From Phallusia mammillata (taxonomy: Eukaryota): a DNA stretch of 64,000 bases. The position numbers and the translations under genes are program-made. Below the pieces are notes generated by a model. The model was not told where the DNA came from and did not search any database. It saw nothing but the letters and a program-made list of their open reading frames with translations. The stretch covers positions 13,764,001 through 13,828,000 of the forward strand of contig OZ281494.1 in NCBI GenBank assembly GCA_965637545.1. The letters are read 5' to 3'. This document shows, piece by piece, positions 49,001-64,000 of this stretch (position 1 is its first letter; each line of letters starts with the position of its first letter).

Positions 49001-51481
49001 TGAATCTAAGTTTGCGTTGGTAACCTGCACAAAAACCATTATAATATTATTATTAATTATTCCTAGTCATATTAAACTTTGCAAGGTAAACTGTGTTTTT
49101 CACTTGCTACAACTTAGCTTTTACATTCATAAGTTTGTTTTCGCTAAAAGGTTGCGCCTTGTAAAAGTCAGTGATTTACTGCAAATATCAGTAAGTTACT
49201 GGCAATGTACATTGGAAAAACGGAGTGTTGCTGAAAATAATACTTGCAAGTTAAAAACGGAAAGCCCCTTTTCTTAATACAGACATTACCTTGTAATGAA
49301 ATGTTGATGTTTTCTGACATTCCAGGACCTTTTCTGGTTACCGAGGTGCTTGCTGCATAAACAAGATCAAAACGTTATTTGATAAGTTAAATGTTTTTTT
49401 GAATGTTCTTGTAAGACTATACCTGTCATTATACTGCTTGTTGATATAGAAGTACCCGGCCCGGGCGGTTCGAAGACATGTGCTTGGTGGTCAGGTGCGA
49501 TGGGTTGGCTTTGAGTTGCAGAACTAGTTAATGATGTCGATCCAATGCTTGTTGCATCCGTTGCGATGTCGGTTAGCTGTGCCGTAGTGCTTGGTGTGAT
49601 GGTTGTCACGCTTTTTGTAGCAGACGTAACGGCAGTTGAGACATCCGGAACTAAAAATTACCAATATACGATGGTTTTATTTACTCTGTAAAAGTTTTGT
49701 CACCATCCTGTTACCATCTTGGCAACATTGTATTCATGATGCTCCACTTACAATGCCTTTAAGAAACTTTGCAGTTTTTAACAGTACAAATTTGTTGACA
49801 TAAAAAAATCCAGATTTTATATTTGCCATTAAACAACGCGTGGTTTGTTTAAAGGAATATGATTATATATGAACTTGCTGTTTGGTTTTGATATCTATAC
49901 AAAATCAGATAATAGCAGTCGCAAATTCCCTTAAAGCATCCTGTGCATATTAAGCGATAAAGTATGAAGTTTTTTTCTGAAAAAAAAATAACCGGCAATA
50001 AGGAAAGGCCGGGTTTTGGCTAAACAAGCGTACTACTCTTTTGTTAGGACAATGTCGTTAACCAAATTTCGTTATTGAGGGGCTAGTGATGTGTAATGTC
50101 ATCAATAATATCTTTTGGTTACGTACCTATGCTGTACTATATTGTTTTGTTTTGTTTTTGTTTCTATCCACGACTTTTAGTTTACAAGTTGTACGCTTTT
50201 CAGGAACAATATAGTGTTGCGCTCCTACCTGGCAGTTCGCATGCATATGAAATTTTTACATGACATGGTGCATCGTTCCATTTCCCCGTACTTTTCCAAA
50301 GTTGCACACACTGTTCATTCCCTTTTACGTGCCTGGCGTTGTTTGGCTCGTCCTTATTCCAGGACAATCTTATTTGGTGTTCTGTAAGATTATATGGGGG
50401 CCTAAGCCAATGAAATGAGTTTCGATCCTTAACGTCTGACGTTTGGTTTCTTCTTAACCCTGTAAATACAAGATGGAGGTTTTGTTTATAACGATTCCAC
50501 CCAAAAACCAGTAAATTTCGACACGTACAGTAAAACAAACGTTGTAGGAAATCCCAAAATCAAAAGTAATGTACTTGTTTGTGATATTGAATGTTTGTTC
50601 GTTAGTGTATAACATAAACGTCTGGTTCCATTTATTTTTAAAAATGGAATACATAAACAAGGCTGAACATTAAAGTGACTAAAATCCTAAATCTAAACAT
50701 TTTTTTTACTGATTGTTTAGTAATATCTGGACATGGTTGTCGTTCTACGTGCTGTTTTCACTTCTCACACCTATCCATATTTTTTTCCCTGCTGTAGAGT
50801 TAGCAACACAGCGTAACACCTTCTCTTCGTCAAGTGTATGGGTTTGCGCTAGGTTGCCACCCATGCTAACACATCCATTGTTTGAAGTGGAAAAACTACT
50901 TTGACCATTTTCCACTAGGAATTTTGCTCGAGTGATGAAGTCTAAAAATATTCAGCGTGAATTTTTTTGTTTCTGTTTGATTTTCATCTGAAAAACAACC
51001 AAAAAAGTATGAGGACCGCTTTATGCAAACATTTCGCAAACGAGTAAGATAAACATAAAAACATACATACTACAGGCTTGTTTCTAATAGTTGGTGAAAA
51101 TTCGTGTTAAGTATGTTGTTTGAAACTACCTTGCCTGATATGGTAGGGTTAGCTATGGTAAGATTACGGTAAACATCCACTTACGTTCTGTTGTGTTGCA
51201 TTGGTCGAAAATCTGCTGCCACGTTAATCCTGCATGTAAAACGTAAAGGAAATTAAAATGCGTTAAAACGTTTGGTGAAAGTCATTCTGCTTTAAAAAAG
51301 GTGAAACTGCATTGTTTTTAGGGCAATAATAAAAGTACAGTCGCGACTTTCATAGATGATTTGTTAATTCACACGTGTCGGTGGCATCATACATAACTGC
51401 ATGACAGCATAACGTACCTTTGCAGTGTGAGATGTTTGTGATCACGAAGAAAATTAAAACTAAAACTTGAAGTTGCTTCAT
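46082..51481 (-). CDS. Adhesion GPCR A: signal peptide, C-type lectin domain (EPN/WND), Ser/Thr stalk, short GAIN/GPS, 7TM (~748 aa)
   Basis: Exons 51418-51481, 50771-50914, 50229-50459, 49423-49650, 49290-49352, 48495-49024, 47590-47821, 46758-47264, 46082-46329 (2247 nt, in frame). Motifs IWIGLRR, DEPNN...CVQLW...KWNDAPC, CVSNHTTIFAALL, WMLIEG, KCWLS, NGLQGFFVFLVYC. Confidence 0.9.
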
Positions 51482-52902
51482 GGCTACAACGTTACCTAAT
51501 GTTTTACCTAAAACCACAGATGCACTGTTTAACCTCATGGTAAATATACGAATACTGCCAGATAACGAGGTTTTGTTCTGTGTTTAAAAAATGCCCAAAT
51601 CCTGTATTTGCTGCTAATCTTAAAATATCAGCTAACATTTTTACACAGAGACTATTTAAGCTGACCTATAAACAGAACTCACACTCCATACACTTAATCT
51701 CAGGATGTCATTGTTTATGGAAGTTCCCTGTAACTGCTAATGTGTTTTTTTGTTTCATGATTTTTTTATCACTGCCTTTTGTTATTCTTTAACCTGTTTG
51801 TTTACCATCACTTTGTTAAGTTGTAGTATATCAAGTCTCACATATCTCGAGCCGCAAAATCGTGTTGTGACGCAACATTTCCGCTGTTGTAATGACGTCA
51901 CTACGTTTTCGGGTAATCTGGGGACAATGACACGTAGACGTGCGGAAACATCAAAGTTTTTTTTATTTTTAAATCAACAATTCAACGAAAAATAACTAAT
52001 AAATCTTTAACAATCGCATCTTTCAGAAAACTAAAGATTTACAAAAAGTCGATGCGAAGTTGTGCACGTTGAGTGTGCTCTGCCTAGTTTCGCGTCCGGA
52101 ACTAATCGGTTCATGCAGCCTTGGTGGTTTCAGGGACTTTAGTGGTGGAGTTGCTTGATGATAACACCCGATTATATTTAGTACTGATCGGTAATCTGCA
52201 GTAACGCCTCGTTAAAGGTTACGTGTTGCTGGAAACTTTGACGTGACGTGCCTGGCGTGCCATTTTACTGCTTCCTTGAATGTTATTGTTGCATGGCCGT
52301 GAACGCAAGCGTCTTTGGTAAACGTTACGTCCCTTACTTCGTGTGGGGGCTATAAGGGTATAAAGCACCAGGTGCCAATAATGTCTAACGGAACTTTGTG
52401 CGTTCATTAAGGTTTGCAATAAAGTACGAGCTAATACATGGGTTTATTTGGCGCTACTGGACTATGAATGTTTATTCTTAAAAATGACTCTTGAGACTGT
52501 CACTGCCACTGAATCTGCGTTAAGGTTTGTAAAGCTTGTCTCATTTGCCTAAAAGTAAATATTACTCGTAAGGCCGGACACTTTTAAATCTTCGCCTGCT
52601 TGGAAACAGTTTTGGAACAGTTTGCTTTTTTCTTTAAAGTATCGTCAATGTTGTCTGGCTGTAAAATTCTGTCAAAATCGTCTCTACGCACAATTTCATT
52701 AATGGGGTTTAATAATCAAATAAACAAACAGTGTTGCACCTGCGCAAGGAAGAGATAAAGAGAAATTAATCGAATACAGAAAAAAAGATACACTGTACGG
52801 TGTTGTGTGGATAAGCAGAAGAAACAACGCATATTATTCTACATAATAGCAAGCGTGTGCATAATTTAGTCCGAAATTCGAGAAATGCGAATAAAATGAT
52901 GC

Positions 52903-61141
<8,239 letters not shown>

Positions 61142-64000
61142 TTTTGCGCAGTGCAATAAGCAAATAAACAGCTCAGAAAACGAAGTCAACTCAATGCACG
61201 TCAGTGTAATAAAAACGACTTTTTGAATTGCCAAGCTTATAAGTTTACTTGTATTCAAATCTGAAAGATAAATTTCGTAAATTGAATCTAGCAGGCTTTT
61301 GACTTTGTGAGTGTATCGATTGGTTGATTTTAATTGCGATGCCCGATTCCGTGCCGATCAAATCAATTTCGCGGCCAAAGGTTACCCGTGCATAGACGGC
61401 TATTTGTCTAGCTATCATAAGCTTGCCCATCTTTACATGTTTAAGATAAATCACTCACGGCCGCCCCTTAAGGTGCCCTGATCAATGTATTGCTATAAGA
61501 TCTGATAGATTTATGATACAGTTTCGGAATAAAATATTTGTACAACTGTAGTTTCTGTTTCTGTTTTTAAAGCCTCAGAATTTGGACAAATTCTATTATG
61601 ACTTGAAGATAATGCTATGCTTAACATAATTACACTGCCGAAAAGGATATACGTTACAACACGTATAACTACTGCCGTGAACCCTGCAACTAAGTTCCAT
61701 TTTAGTCCAATTTGTGCTTCTATCTCAGCTCCTTGTCCTTGTAACAAAAGGAAACTCATATCTTCTGTGACATTTGGCCCGCCTGTCTACTTCTTACGAC
61801 AAGAATACCGCAGCAGTTACCCCTTTCCCTTTACGCGTCATGTGACAAGTACCACAGTGACAGTATCCTTGCAATACCTTCCTATGCGTTCGCGATAAGC
61901 CTAACTTACACGACCAACCGCGGATATCTTTCAAACCCTCCGTCTTGCGCACTTACATTCCACTGAACTGATAAGGAAAGAGTTTGAAACAAATGGAGTG
62001 GGCGTGCGCATTTTTGGTGGACCCCAAAAGCGCCAGACGACTTTCGGATTAATTGGATTAAATCCTTCGAGTTCCTGCAGCCGCCGGGAGCGCGGTCCGG
62101 TAGTTTCATTCAACTATCCTGTCCACACAATGCCCAGTCGGAAGCGCGAATTCGCCACATCTAATGAACTCGCTCTTGCACGCGTAACTTAATAATGGCT
62201 GATAATGAGCCGTGTTGGCACTTGGACAAAGCACAACATCCACACTTATTAAATCGTTACCCACTGTTCTTTAGAGCAAAGATTACTGAAATCCCGTCAA
62301 ACAAAGCAAAAGCAGATGGCGTTTTGAAACTGGCTTGATTTACAAAAACGCTTCGTGGCAACTTCGGTAATATTTTTATACTGAACTTTTATGGAAGTTT
62401 TGCAAAAGTTTTTTAAACAATCTTTCCGTACACTATTTTTTAAGTCAACCCAAATACTAAAGACGCATAAAGTCTAACTTCTTCACTGGTGATGGGTTTT
62501 ATCTGCAAAATAGAAACGTATTTCCACATGCAAATTAGGATTCAAACAAAGTTAAAAATCACCACTTTAATTTAAGCTTCCAAATGTGCATTGCAATGTT
62601 GCTTTTAATAAACTCTATCTCGTGACTAACAAAGTATCCATTGCTTGCATAAAAGACTCCGCTCGTGTAAGATTAGCTGAACCTATTTGCCTGACCTCCA
62701 ATGTAATACACTTAAATCCGGATTGTTTAAATCAACTCTAATGGACCACAACCTTATATGGATGCCCTGGGCAGCATCTGAATTCTGAATGCGAATACCA
62801 CACTCACTAGTTGCACTGGTTTCAAACAATGGAACTCCACCTGTCTTTCTAAATCGGGATTTTAAAGAGTTCGCTGCGTGCCGAGAAGCAAGTGTTTCAG
62901 TGGCGATCGCCGGTGGTGGTGACGGCCAAACAACAACTGCCAGCATTTGTCTATCAATCTTCTCACAGCAAATTGCCACCTTGCTTTGTCCTGCGTCTTG
63001 CCATTGACAATGAGCGCGCGTTACGCAGCGTGACCGGCTGCTTGGCCTGCTTTGTCAGGTGCTCTGTATTGTCCCAAAATAACATAACCCAAATATAGTC
63101 AACTCAGATGCGACCGATCATATTTTTATATTTGCGCGTGTTGTAACGCCCATGGCCAAACACTTGGACCGCAACAAACCTCTTTAACATAAGAACGAAT
63201 ACCCATTAAGTACGAAATCACATTTTACTCCGAATTCACACGGGTATGATAAGATTCGCCAATCATTCATTTTTGCAAAATTTGAACTTTGTCAGTCATA
63301 GTCAAACCTCAAATCAATTGATAGGATTACGGACAAACACAGAGACCAGAAATAGAGTAGGACCTAAACCAACATGTTGAATAAAGCAACCAGCTTGACT
63401 GACCTATAATCTCATTCGTAATGACACAAAAAGCCAGTTGACTGTGACTTGGCTGCATGACCGATATCCTGCTGCGTCAGTGTGTCCTACAAATTTGGCT
63501 TTCCTTGAGTCAAACATGAGATTTGTTTGATCGTCAGGTATTACACGATGTTTGCAACTACAAATAGACTAGCAGATAGGCTAACTAAAAACATACAGAT
63601 TAACTGAAACCGCTGCTGTCGTACAGAAACTTTCGCACAAATGCCGAAACTGACTCCTCTGAAGCGCCTGTGAACTGTGTGTTTTACTGCCTGTTGCTCT
63701 TTGCACACATTGCCTGTGAAAACGCCCTATAGCCTACTGGCGTTGTCAGGCGCCATGTTCAGCGAAACAAAACTCCCTCGTGATTCAACTTCTTGTCAAA
63801 ATTCCTCTCCGCTAATGGGTCAACAAGACCAGGCGTTCATTTAGCTAAAAACCCCAACTCGCACTTAGCATTGTAATGACAAACGTGAATTGTACATTAG
63901 CACCCTGGTGACGAGGCAGGTCTTTAAACGTTTGTCGTTGGCAACTGCACACATCCGACAGGCCCAAATGCTAGGCTTCCATTTGAACGCGAGTGTTATG

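Noticed and set aside
61500-64000. Protein-coding gene in ORFs 61906-62192 and 62683-63098
   Set aside because: The ORFs are short and overlapping on both strands with no recognisable domain or consistent splice chain; more likely HUNK upstream, UTR or regulatory sequence.

Overview
Compact, AT-rich eukaryotic (metazoan) DNA with GT-AG introns. Gene content and intron style fit an invertebrate chordate, probably an ascidian; this is inference, not established from the sequence. I assembled exons by hand and checked splice phases. Left to right: (1) the 3' part of an LRP5/6 Wnt co-receptor gene (+, 21 exons visible, 368-16060; the 5' end lies outside the window); (2) a decayed, intron-containing USP44/USP49 copy (+, about 20233-22400) inside a ~6.3 kb segment bracketed by related GTGACAGGG-motif blocks with inverted outer ends; (3) a NIPA-family Mg2+ transporter gene (+, 25172-38196) whose 11.2 kb third intron hosts (4) a whole EF-hand/WD40 (WDR49/EFCAB8-like) gene on the minus strand; (5,6) two tandem C-type-lectin adhesion GPCR genes (-) with a degenerate GPS motif; (7) a HUNK-like Ser/Thr kinase gene (-, 52903-~61141). 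Six MITE-type insertions have perfect target-site duplications, and there is an RTE-LINE remnant. I found no rRNA, tRNA or CRISPR. Most ORFs in the supplied track are partial exons, antisense shadows or non-ATG artefacts. The best candidates for something undescribed are the repeat-bracketed USP44/49 segment, the His/Cys-rich PY-motif insertion in the LRP5/6 tail, and the lectin-aGPCR pair. Homology calls rest on recalled motifs; no database search was run.
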